Shown piece after piece: positions 33,920 to 43,196 of a stretch of DNA of 64,000 bases. The notes beneath the pieces are model-generated. The model ran no database searches, was not told the origin of the DNA, and saw nothing but the letters and a program-made list of their open reading frames with translations. Location: contig CAVUKB010000005.1 of the NCBI GenBank assembly GCA_963741955.1, positions 1,152,001 to 1,216,000 on the forward strand, in the 5' to 3' direction. The stretch comes from an uncultured Acidobacteriota bacterium. GTDB lineage: Bacteria; Acidobacteriota; Thermoanaerobaculia; Gp7-AA8. A program made the translations under genes and the position numbers. Numbering within the stretch: the stretch's first letter is position 1; the number at the start of each line of letters is the position of its first letter.

Positions 33920-34210
33920 GGATCTCCTAACAGGTGTGTAGCGCGGGACAGGCACGGCCGGCGGGTGCCCAGCACGCCCTGAAAAGCCTTCCGTCGAAAC
34001 AGGATAAGCGGCAGAAGGGCCAGCAGTGGCGGCGGGAGCTGTGGGAACGCCGGGAAACGCGGTGGACGGTCGGGTGGCGTTTTCCGCGGTTTCCACAGCT
34101 CCGGTTCGGCTCGAACTCCTGATCACGGATTCCCATACCTGGTTCGCCGGAAACCGTCGTCCATGGCGGGTTTCAGCTGTTTTCGAGCTTACACACCTAT
34201 AAGGAGAACC
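33920..34210. mobile_element. Non-autonomous ISL3-derived MITE (291 bp)
   Basis: Left end identical to the IS TIR (33920-33941); right end TTACACACCTATAAGGAGAACC (34189-34210); no ORF. Confidence 0.88.
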
Positions 34211-34318
34211 AGAAAAAGATGATGCACACCTCGCAACGGTCCGGAGATGTCAATCAGGTAAGGCTCAAAGCGAGCAAAGCCGTGGACCTCAATGCCACAT
34301 ACCTGAGGGACCAGCCGC

Positions 34319-35614
34319 TCAGAACGGCTTCTCCAGCGACTCCGACTGTGGCGTGAACAGTCGAGCCCCCTCTTCAGTGATCACCATGTCGTCTTCCAGG
34401 CGAACCCCGAACTCGCCGGGGATGTAGATACCGGGTTCATCACTGAACGTCATTCCCGGCTCCGCGGCGATGCTCGTCTTCCAGCCGAACATGTCGTTCT
34501 TCACCAGGTACGGCCACTCGTGCCCATCCATTCCGATGCCGTGTCCGAGCCGGTGGCTGAAGTACTTGAATCCGGGGCCGTATCCCGCGTCGACGATCAC
34601 CTTCCGCGCCGCCGCGTCGATCGACTCGAGCGGTGCGCCAGGCTTTGCCGCCTTCAGCGCCGCATCCTGCGCACGCCGGACGATCCCGAAGACCTTCTTC
34701 ATCTTCTCCGTCGCCTTCCCGAGGACGAACGTGCGTGTGATGTCGGACTTGTATCCCTCGACCGTGCAGCCGTCGTCCACCATGATGATCGTTCCTTCGC
34801 CGATCACCTGCGGCGTTCGCGACCCGTGCGGGAGTGCGGTGTACTCACCGGTCTGCACCGACGCCTCTCCCGGAAATCCGACGCGGTCGTACGCGAGTCC
34901 GATCAGGCGCGCGAAATCGTGCTGCGTCATCCCCGGCTCCATCGAGTGGTAGACGGCTGCGTATACCTTCAGCGTCGCGTCGTTCGCGAGCTGCATCAGC
35001 GCGAGCTCGTGAGCGTCCTTGATCATCCGGCATCCCGCCGTGACCGGCGTCCCGCTGACCACCCGCGCCTGCGGCGCCGCTGCGGCGATCCCGTCGCTGA
35101 AGACGAACTTCGCCGTCTCGTCGATGCCGATCTTTCCGGTCGCAAGACTGCGGTCCTTCAGGCCGTTCGCGACGAGCGCGTACGGACTCTCGTCCTCCTG
35201 CCAGGTTCGGACGTCCGCCTTCGCGCCTCCGAACGGACCCTCTGCGATCTGCTCCCGCGCGCGCTCCTCTTCGAAGAACGGACAGACGAAGAACGGATCA
35301 CCCTTCCGCGGCACGACGCACGCGAAAAGCCGCTCGCCGCCCCACCATCGGATGCCGGTGAAGTAGAGAAGCGAGGTCCCCGGCGTGAGGACCAGCGCGT
35401 CGATCTTCTCCCCCGTCATCAGGCGCCTCGCCTTCTCGATGCGCCCCCGCCGCTCCTCTGCGTTGATCGGCGTGGCCCGCTCCTTCATCGAATGCAGCGA
35501 CGCGATCGGCCCGGGGAGTTTCTCTTCCCTCGCGTCCTCTCCCGCCGCGAACGCCGGTGCCCTGGACAACGCGACCAGCGCCGCCGAGGCAGTCAGGAAC
35601 TTCCGTCGATTCAT
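34319..35614 (-). CDS. Tat-exported Xaa-Pro peptidase (M24 family)
   Basis: MNRRKFL twin-arginine signal; PHG, VDDG, SDITRT, HRLGHGIG, SDEPGIY, GVRLEDD. Confidence 0.92.
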   Translation of the reverse strand: MNRRKFLTASAALVALSRAPAFAAGEDAREEKLPGPIASLHSMKERATPINAEERRGRIEKARRLMTGEKIDALVLTPGTSLLYFTGIRWWGGERLFACVVPRKGDPFFVCPFFEEERAREQIAEGPFGGAKADVRTWQEDESPYALVANGLKDRSLATGKIGIDETAKFVFSDGIAAAAPQARVVSGTPVTAGCRMIKDAHELALMQLANDATLKVYAAVYHSMEPGMTQHDFARLIGLAYDRVGFPGEASVQTGEYTALPHGSRTPQVIGEGTIIMVDDGCTVEGYKSDITRTFVLGKATEKMKKVFGIVRRAQDAALKAAKPGAPLESIDAAARKVIVDAGYGPGFKYFSHRLGHGIGMDGHEWPYLVKNDMFGWKTSIAAEPGMTFSDEPGIYIPGEFGVRLEDDMVITEEGARLFTPQSESLEKPF

Positions 35615-35835
35615 CGTCTCACCCCCGCGCGCATTCTACGTCGCGACACTCCCAGACGACAGAGCGTCTGGAGGACGCTGTCGTTCCCGTCTTCGACGCG
35701 GTCCCCGCGGATCGGCACCGCGACGAACGCTTCGCGCGCGGCCACGGGCGCCGTTCCACCCCTTTCCATTCTCCCGTGACCTTTGTCATTCTCCCCCTCC
35801 TCCGTCCGTGCTCTGATCCGCACGGAGGTCATTCG

Positions 35836-36522
35836 ATGCTGTTTCGCCGTACCCTCGTCCTCTTCTCTGCCGTTCTCCTCGTCGCCGCCGTCGCCTCTGC
35901 CGCCTCTCCCGATCTCTCCGGCTCCATTCGCCTCCGACTCGAGGAGTGGAACTGGTTCGACACGCCCGCCGCGAACGATCACTATCTCTTCGGCGCCTCG
36001 ACCATCCACCTCGCCGCCAACTGGAAACTTCCGAAGAGCCAGTGGACGATCGAAGTGACGCAGCCCACGCTCGCCGGACTCCCCGAGGACTCCATCGCCG
36101 CGCCCCCTGCCGGTCAGCTCGGCCTCGGCGCGACCTATTACGCCGCGAACCACCACACCACCGCCGCGGGGCTCTTCGTCAGTCAGGCCTTCGCCCGCTT
36201 CGACCATCTCGCGGGAATCGACAACTCTCTCCAGCTCGGCCGCTTCACCATGATCGAAGGAGTCGAAGGACCCTCACCGAATCCGATCCTCGGCGCGGTG
36301 AGGAAGGCCCGCATCGCGCATCGGCTCATCGGCAACTTCGGCTTCTCTCACGTGGGGCGGAGTTTCGACGGAGCTCGTTACACCCAGCGCGACGGAGATC
36401 TCTCCTGGAATCTCTTCGCCGGACGCCCCACCGCCGGAGTCTTCATCGTCAACGGAATGCCGGAAAGATTGGGGGCCAGGCCTTCGCTTGTTCTTTCATC
36501 ACTCCAACTTTGTGATTGGTAG
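35836..36522 (+). pseudogene. Truncated alginate-export-family outer-membrane beta-barrel
   Basis: SD ggagg, signal peptide, RLRLEEWNWF, LQLGRF, RLIGNFGFSHVGRSFDG; character lost after about 36465 with early stop. Confidence 0.7.
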
Positions 36523-36684
36523 TGACTTCTCCTTCTCGCTACGATCGCTATCCTACGACAATGCCCATTCGCACGGCCGAGATCGGCCTTCAGCCGCCGC
36601 TATCGATCGTTTCGCGTGCGGTCGACCGATTCTACGAGGAGTAGAACTCTCGCCGCCTGGCAGGAGCCGAGAGCTTCGGGCTGG

Positions 36685-36780
36685 TGGCAGCGACCACTCC
36701 GACTCGAGTTCCCCGGATCGGTCTTCCACGTCACCTCCCGCGGCAATGAATGGAAGAACATCCTCCGCTCCGATGCAGAC
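36685..36780 (+). pseudogene. N-terminal remnant of a RAYT / IS200-like HUH transposase
   Basis: RPLRLEFPGSVFHVTSRGNEWKNILRSDAD, typical start of Y1 transposases; rest absent. Confidence 0.75.
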
Positions 36781-37074
36781 GCCTCATGCTCACACCCTCT
36801 TATCGCAGCGGCGAGTGACGTAGGCACGCCAGATTTACCCCGGCCGAAGGCGCTCCGCGCCAGCCCCAACCGGCTCGGAGATTCGGTCCGAGATCGAGCA
36901 TCCGCACCTGTACCGCCCCTTCCGCCGATGATCCTTTCTCACCGACAAACGTAGGCCGGTATCGAGTCTCTTGGCCCGGATAAGAGGCGGCTAACACATT
37001 TCGTTCTGATACTTAGAGCCACCAGGCGAGAGGCGCAGCCCTGACCCCATTCTTCCCTGACCCCATTCTTCCTC

Positions 37075-37325
37075 GCCCACGTCCGCCGGGAGCCCGTCGC
37101 TCGCGAGGACGTCGGCGCGCGTCTCGAGCTCCCAGCTGAGTGTGTCCGGGTCCGCCGCGGGATCGGTAACCTCGGCCATCTCCGCGCGGCGTCCGACGAG
37201 ACGGTCGTTGCCGTCGTAGTCGTACAGGATCCGCCGGATCTCCCCATTCGCGGAGGTGGGCTTCTCGGTGACGCTCGTCAGTCTCCCCTTCTCATCCCAC
37301 TCGTAGACGAAGCTCCCATCGCATC
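37075..37325 (-). pseudogene. RHS/YD-repeat protein fragment
   Basis: FVYEWDEKGRLTSV...ILYDYDGNDRLVGR; no credible start or end. Confidence 0.65.
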
Positions 37326-37386
37326 TGCAGACGCGCAATTTGGATCATCGAATCTGCGGCGGCTATACTTTATCCAGGAGTTTTCG

Positions 37387-37614
37387 ATGATCGACTATCG
37401 CGAACGGATCACGATCGAACCGGGCAAGCGAGGCGGCAAGCCCTGCATTCGAGGGATGCGCATCACCGTCTACGACGTCCTCGAGTACCTTGCTTCGGGG
37501 ATGACGAACGAGGAGATTCTCGCCGATTTTCCGGACCTCGAGTCAGAGGACATCCGCGCCGCTCTCCTTTTCGCCGCCGACCGCGAGCGAAGGCTGGTGA
37601 AGATTCCCGCATGA
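37387..37614 (+). CDS. DUF433 family antitoxin
   Basis: RITIEPGKRGGKPCIRGMRITVYDVLEYLASGMT...FPDL; TATACT and SD aggag upstream. Confidence 0.9.
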   Translation: MIDYRERITIEPGKRGGKPCIRGMRITVYDVLEYLASGMTNEEILADFPDLESEDIRAALLFAADRERRLVKIPA

Positions 37615-37821
37615 AGCTGCTGTTCGAACCGCATGGCGATCACGTCGAAGGACTCCGATTTCCACCAGCGAAGCCTCCTCTACGGATTCCCGCCGAAGGT
37701 CATCTGGATCCGAAGCGGTAACTGTTCGACCAATCAAATCATCGAGCTTCTTCGTCATCACGCGTCAGCGATCTTTGAGTTCGGGTCGGATGGAACATCG
37801 TCCTTCCTCGAGATCGACTGA
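37611..37821 (+). pseudogene. DUF5615 PIN-like toxin with internal deletion and frameshift
   Basis: ATGA overlap MKLLF, then in another frame ITSKDSDFHQRSLLYGFPPKVIWIRSGNCST; the central part is missing. Confidence 0.75.
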
Positions 37822-37937
37822 TCGCTCCCGCCGCGTGCATTGGACATCATCTGGAGCGTCCCGTCGGTGGTCGCAGCAGTACGATCTGAGTTGTTGAGTT
37901 TGGCTGCCGGGAGCTCGGCGAACGACCGAATCGGGAG

Positions 37938-38132
37938 ATGAGCATGGAAGGGATCCACTTCGTAGTTGACGGCAAAGGCCGGAAGGTCGCGGTCCAGATC
38001 GATCTCGAGCGCTACGGCGATGCGTTGGAGGACCTTTTCGATCAGCTCCTCGCCGAAGAACGAAAGGACGACGAGAGAATCCCCTTCGATCTCGTCCGAC
38101 GCCGGATCGCACGACGTCGACGGAAGAGCTGA
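37938..38132 (+). CDS. Small antitoxin-like protein with no partner toxin
   Basis: IHFVVDGKGRKVAVQIDLERY..LEDLFD...IPFD pattern seen in RelE-associated antitoxins. Confidence 0.55.
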   Translation: MSMEGIHFVVDGKGRKVAVQIDLERYGDALEDLFDQLLAEERKDDERIPFDLVRRRIARRRRKS

Positions 38133-38397
38133 GGGGGCGATCGAGAACCATCATCTGCATCCGGGAGCCCAACGGGGGCTTGGGGGTAAGTTCTAAAAAG
38201 AGAAGAAATTCGGACGCGCGGCATCTCTGTCCGCGGACACCTCGGACAACGGGCTACGAGGGGACGGAGCTCGTGATTCAACGTTCCGTCCCCTCGAGTA
38301 GACTCGAGGGTCGGACCAGGGCTGTGCACTCACGAGAAAGGCAAGAGTTAGTGCGCATGCCCCTGATCCCCGACCCCCCGATCCCCGACCCCCACCC

Positions 38398-40098
38398 TCA
38401 CACCTCGGGCGCCGTTGAACCCGGCACCGAATGCTGCAGTGCGATCCACGCCTCGAGAGCCATCCACACCGCGGCGAAGAGCACGATCAGCCCGATCACT
38501 CCCATCAGATAGTTCGGCGAGTCACCGAGAAACCATCTGCCGAGACTCTCGACCATCGCCCAGATGGTCATCACCAGGAGAAAGATCATCGGAATGATCG
38601 TCGGCAGAATGGATCGTCCAAGTTTTCGCAGATAGACCGAGAGGACGATCAGCGACAGCGCGGCGAGGAGCTGGTTCGTGGTGCCGAACAGCGGCCAGAT
38701 CACCAGGCCGCCGGAACCGACGCCGCCCCCAGGGGCGTGCGCGCCGAAGGCGAGGAGGAGGCACGACCCGGCGGCAATGGTCGTTGCGACCGTCGGCTCC
38801 TTCAGAATCTCGATGCGGTACTGATCGCCGAGCTCCGCGATGATGTACCGCTGCAGCCGAACGCCGGTGTCCATGGTCGTCGCAGCGAAGCTCACCACGA
38901 TGACGGAGGCGAAGACTTCGCCGATCGGCGCCGGAACGCCGAGGTACTCGGCCATGTGCGCGAGGCCCTTGACGAAGAAGCTCGCGGCGCCGCCCGAGGC
39001 GGAGCTCCAGCTCTGGTAGAACGTTCCGAACCATTCGGCGCGGGTGGCGGCGAGGCCCGCGGTGACCACCAGAATCGAGCCGAGCGCGAGTGCACCCTCA
39101 CCGATCGCGCCCATGTAGCCGACGAATTTCGCATCCGTCTCGCGATCGAGTTGTTTGGACGAAGTTCCGGACGAGACCAGCCCGTGAAATCCCGAGATCG
39201 CTCCACACGCGATGGTGATGAAGAGAATCGGGACGAGAGGTGGCGCCCCTGCGGTCGCCGGATTCCATGCCGGTGCCGCCATCGACGGATGCCCGACGAA
39301 GAGCCCGACGTAGAGGATGCCGAGGCCCACGATCAGCTGGTGCGAATTGATGTAATCGCGCGGCTGCAGCATCAGCCACACCGGGAGCCTCGACGCCACC
39401 CATGCGTAGATGAAGAGAACGATGACCCAGATCGCGGCGGGCGGAAGGCCGAAAAGCATCTTCGGAAGAACCACCGGCATCTTCGATCCGAACCAGATCA
39501 CGACGTAGAGGGCGATCAACGCGCCGATGGAAGGCCAGAGGAGCTTTCCCTTGCGGCGATAGATGATCCACCCGATCAACATCGCCAGAGGGAGCGAGAA
39601 CCAGACCGGAACCACGCTCCCGGGAAACTGCACGAAGAGGCGGGCGATCACGATGGCGAAGACCGCGTTCACCATCAGGAGGAGGAGGAAGATCACGATC
39701 ATGAACAGCGTCCGCGAACGGCGGGAGACGACGTCCTCGGTCAGCGAGCCGATGGACCGTCCCTGGTGACGTGCCGAGATCCAGAGCGTCCCGAAGTCGT
39801 GCGCCCCTGCGAAGAAGATCGTCCCCAGTACGACCCACAGCAGCGCGGGAAGCCATCCCCAGAAGACCGCGATCGCCGGTCCGACGATCGGAGCAGCCCC
39901 TGCGACTGAGGTGAAGTGGTGACCCCAGAGGACGTGCTTGTTCGTCGGTACGAAGTCCTGATCGTCCGAGAATTCGTGCGCAGGCGTGACCGCGTCCGGA
40001 TCGAGGCGGAAGATGCGATCCGCGAGGAATCTGGCATACAGAAGATAGGCGACCAGAAACGCGCCGAGCCCCACCACCGCGATGATGATCGCGTTCAT
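38398..40098 (-). CDS. cstA: Carbon starvation protein A family transporter
   Basis: TPAHEFSDDQDFVPT, GHHFTSVAGAAPIVGP, LPVWLMLQPRDYIN, IACGAISGFHGLVSSGT, IWPLFGTTNQLLA. Confidence 0.93.
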   Translation of the reverse strand: MNAIIIAVVGLGAFLVAYLLYARFLADRIFRLDPDAVTPAHEFSDDQDFVPTNKHVLWGHHFTSVAGAAPIVGPAIAVFWGWLPALLWVVLGTIFFAGAHDFGTLWISARHQGRSIGSLTEDVVSRRSRTLFMIVIFLLLLMVNAVFAIVIARLFVQFPGSVVPVWFSLPLAMLIGWIIYRRKGKLLWPSIGALIALYVVIWFGSKMPVVLPKMLFGLPPAAIWVIVLFIYAWVASRLPVWLMLQPRDYINSHQLIVGLGILYVGLFVGHPSMAAPAWNPATAGAPPLVPILFITIACGAISGFHGLVSSGTSSKQLDRETDAKFVGYMGAIGEGALALGSILVVTAGLAATRAEWFGTFYQSWSSASGGAASFFVKGLAHMAEYLGVPAPIGEVFASVIVVSFAATTMDTGVRLQRYIIAELGDQYRIEILKEPTVATTIAAGSCLLLAFGAHAPGGGVGSGGLVIWPLFGTTNQLLAALSLIVLSVYLRKLGRSILPTIIPMIFLLVMTIWAMVESLGRWFLGDSPNYLMGVIGLIVLFAAVWMALEAWIALQHSVPGSTAPEV

Positions 40099-40131
40099 TC
40101 GTTCGCTCCTCGAGAGTCGATTGTATCCGAT

Positions 40132-40672
40132 CGGGGGGTCAGGGGGCGGGGGGCGGGGGGCGGGGGGCGACTGCACCGCCGGGCGAATCGGATCGGTAAC
40201 GTCGAATGCAGAATTCAGAATTCAGAATTCAGAGTTGAGAGTTGAGAGTTGAGAAATTCGTCGGGCGCGGTCGCATCACTTCGCTCCTTAAAGCGTGTGC
40301 GCATGGGGTCGGTGATCAGGTGCCGGGGGTCAGGGGGCGACTGCACCGCCGGGCGAATCGGGTCGGCAACGTCGAATGCAGAATTCAGAATTCAGAATTC
40401 AGAGTTGAGAGCTGAGAAATTCGTCGGGCGCGGCCGCTTCACTTCGCTCCTCAAAGCGTGTGCGCATGGGGGTCGGGGATCAGCGGCCGGGGGTCAGGGG
40501 CGACTGCACCGCCGGGCGAATCGGGTCGGCAACGTCGAATGCAGAATTCAGAATTCAGAATTCAGAGTTGAGAGTTGAGAGTTGAGAAATTCGTCGGGCG
40601 CGGTCGCATCACTTCGCTCCTCAAAGCGTGTGCGCATGGGGGTCGGGGGTCAGGGATCGGGGGTCAGGGGGC
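40132..40672. repeat. Three tandem ~175-bp units built from heptamer repeats (cagaatt, gagagtt, ggggtca/ggggatc)
   Basis: ggcgactgcaccgccgggcgaatcgg...(cagaatt)n(gagagtt)n...tcacttcgctcct(c/t)aaagcgtgtgcgcatgggg three times. Confidence 0.9.
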
Positions 40673-40752
40673 GGGGATTGGAGGTGCGGGCTGAGGCACG
40701 GGAATCGTTTCGAATAGAGACCTGACCCCTTTCCCGGAGACGTGGTAAGGAT

Positions 40753-41019
40753 CTACGGTTCGGGCGATTCCGGACGCGACGGCGCTTCGAGGACGACCTT
40801 GAGGCGGCGGCGGACCCGGGCGGCGAAGGTATCGTCCGGAACGTCGGGAGCGGGTGAGTCGAAGATCACGTCCTCGTAGGGCGGCTGGAGCCGGACCACT
40901 GCTCCCTCGCTCCCGGGCGAGCTCTCGATCGAGGCGACCACTTCCCGGTAGTCGTATCCCATCACCGTCAGCTCTTCCCGGATCAGATCATCCAGCCGTT
41001 TCACGAAATCGCCGCGCAT
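40753..41019 (-). CDS. Hypothetical protein
   Basis: 88-aa ORF MRGDFVKRLDDLIREEL with SD ggaggg. Confidence 0.6.
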   Translation of the reverse strand: MRGDFVKRLDDLIREELTVMGYDYREVVASIESSPGSEGAVVRLQPPYEDVIFDSPAPDVPDDTFAARVRRRLKVVLEAPSRPESPEP

Positions 41020-41093
41020 CGCCCCTCCCCATTCGACGATCATGCCACACGCCGGGGAATGCCGGCTGGCGCCGACACCACCATCCATCGACG

Positions 41094-41118
41094 AAAACGG
41101 CCGCCCGAAGGCGGCCGT
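41094..41118 (-). terminator. Intrinsic terminator of the cytochrome gene
   Basis: Minus strand acggccgcc-ttcg-ggcggccgt followed by a T run. Confidence 0.65.
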
Positions 41119-41143
41119 CCCGATTCGATCCATGAGAGGGGAT

Positions 41144-41524
41144 CTATTTCTTGTGACAGTCTTTGCACATCGCCGGCCCCTTCTTCTCTGCTTTGTGGCA
41201 GCCGATGCACTTGATGTGGAAGGGGTTCTTGGTCATGCTCATCTCTGCCATGCTCGGAACCTTCGCGTCGGTGGGGTTCAGATGGCAGTCGGAACACTTC
41301 TTCACGTCCTTCGCGTTCGCCGCCGTCAGGCCCTTGTTCGTGTGATGGCAGGTGTCGCACGTCTTGACCAGCTTCTCGTGCTGGGCGTGCGGGAAGGTGA
41401 CCGCCGGCTGCTTCTTCGCAGCCGCGTCGATCTTCACGGTGTCCGGTGCTTTCTGTTGCGCGGAGGCCAGGGTCGTCACCAGCAGGAAGGCGAAGGCGGC
41501 CGCCACGCTCATGAGTTTTCTCAT
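41144..41524 (-). CDS. Tetraheme class III cytochrome c (c3-like)
   Basis: Signal peptide, VTFPHAQH, four CxxCH motifs (CDTCH, CSDCH, CIGCH, CKDCH). Confidence 0.9.
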   Translation of the reverse strand: MRKLMSVAAAFAFLLVTTLASAQQKAPDTVKIDAAAKKQPAVTFPHAQHEKLVKTCDTCHHTNKGLTAANAKDVKKCSDCHLNPTDAKVPSMAEMSMTKNPFHIKCIGCHKAEKKGPAMCKDCHKK

Positions 41525-41730
41525 TGCGTCATTCTCCTTTTTCATTCAGTGAGCGGCGAGGCCCACGCTCCCTCGGGAGGCGAGAGAATGTGCCCGAACG
41601 CCGGACGTAAGCTAGCACCCGGCACGACCCGGCGCCAATGCTTCGGATCACAGATGAATGTTCATCGACAGAGAGCCGGCGGGGCGGCTGCCGGAGGAGC
41701 GTCCCGGGTGACGAAAACCTCCCCCTCCGT

Positions 41731-43023
41731 TCACAGCAGCGCGCGCACGCGGCGCCAGCTCTGCTCCTTCACCTTCCCGCTCCAGCTCCGTTTCCGGAAC
41801 TCCTCGAGATTCACTTCGGTCGAGTGTTCCAGATCCTGGAGATAGATCGTCTCCAGCCGACGTGCGAGCTCCTCGTCCCTGAAGACGGACGAGACCTCGT
41901 CGTTGAGCATCACGGAGCGGTTGTCGAAGTTGATGGTCCCGACGGCACCCCAGAGTCCGTCCACCACCAGGGTCTTCGCGTGGATCATGGTCGGCCGGTA
42001 CTCGAAGATGCGGATCCCGGCGCCGAGGAGCTCCTCGTAGTGCGCCCGGGCGGCGTACCACGTGGCGGGATTGTCGACGTTCGCTCCCGGAGTGAGGATC
42101 CGGACGTCGACACCGCGCGAGGCCGTATCCATCAGCAGAGTCCGGAAGTCGTCGTCGGGGACGAAGTAGGGATTCGTGATCCAGAGCCGCCGCTGCGCCG
42201 CGGAGATGAAGAGGACGAAGAATCTCTCGGCGTTCGTGCAGCCGATCGAAGGCGCGGTGTGAAGGACTCCGCACGTATGGTGTCCGCACACGCGGTCGCG
42301 CGGATGGAAGACCGATCCGCCGACCAGGAGCTCGCTCGACGACTCTCCCCAGTTGCTGACGAATGCGGCCTGAAGCTGGTTCACCGCCGCCCCCTCGATC
42401 CGCACGTTCGTGTCACGCCAACCGTCCGGGTGACGTCCGTCCCCTTCCCACAGCTGGTCGATCCCGAACCCGCCCGTGTATCCGACCGATCCGTCGATCA
42501 CCACACAACGGATGTGCATCCGCTGCTGCACCTTGTAGAGAATCCTCCAGCTGAAGGGGCGGAAGAAGTCAAGATGCACACCCGCCTCGCGGAGCGCCTG
42601 GAGATACTCATCCGGAAGGGTCCTCGAGCCGAACGCGTCGATCAGCATGAAGACCTTCACTCCTGCGCGTGCCCGCTCCATCAGGACGTCTTTCACCTGC
42701 TCGGCAATCCGGCTGGAGCGAAGCCAGTAGACATGCCAGGTGATCAGTTTCTTCGCAGCGCGGAGATCCTCGAGCAGACGAGGAAACGTCTCGTCCCCGT
42801 TGAGGAGAATCTCGACCGCGCTCCCGTCGTGCAGCGGAGTTCCGGTGAGCAGCTCGAACGTCTCACCGAACAGAGCCGAGTCGACTGAGAACCGCTCCCC
42901 TTCGATCCCGAGCTCGTGGATCCGGTTGAGCCGGTTCTCGCGCATCACGTACTCGAAAAGCACCAGCCCGAAGAAGGCCATCAGCAGAAACAGCAGCGAC
43001 GCGATCACGACCGCAGCGACCAT
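41731..43023 (-). CDS. Cardiolipin synthase-like phospholipase D
   Basis: LLNGDETFP, RMHIRCVVIDG..GYTGG (atypical first HKD), ITNPYFVP, MIHAKTLVVD..GTINFDNRS. Confidence 0.88.
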   Translation of the reverse strand: MVAAVVIASLLFLLMAFFGLVLFEYVMRENRLNRIHELGIEGERFSVDSALFGETFELLTGTPLHDGSAVEILLNGDETFPRLLEDLRAAKKLITWHVYWLRSSRIAEQVKDVLMERARAGVKVFMLIDAFGSRTLPDEYLQALREAGVHLDFFRPFSWRILYKVQQRMHIRCVVIDGSVGYTGGFGIDQLWEGDGRHPDGWRDTNVRIEGAAVNQLQAAFVSNWGESSSELLVGGSVFHPRDRVCGHHTCGVLHTAPSIGCTNAERFFVLFISAAQRRLWITNPYFVPDDDFRTLLMDTASRGVDVRILTPGANVDNPATWYAARAHYEELLGAGIRIFEYRPTMIHAKTLVVDGLWGAVGTINFDNRSVMLNDEVSSVFRDEELARRLETIYLQDLEHSTEVNLEEFRKRSWSGKVKEQSWRRVRALL

Positions 43024-43063
43024 GGGAGAACCCTCGTGCACGGAACAGGCCGAGAGGCGTCGG

Positions 43064-43196
43064 ACATCTGATATCTACTATCTGTTATCTGATATCTGGG
43101 GTCTGATAACAGATAATAGATCTGATAACAGATAATAGATCAGATAACAGATAACAGATCAGATAATCGATAACAGATAACAGATAATAGATATCA
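43064..43196. repeat. AT-rich heptamer repeat (agataac/agataat) with an inverted arm
   Basis: tatctg-type copies followed by many cagataa copies. Confidence 0.85.
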
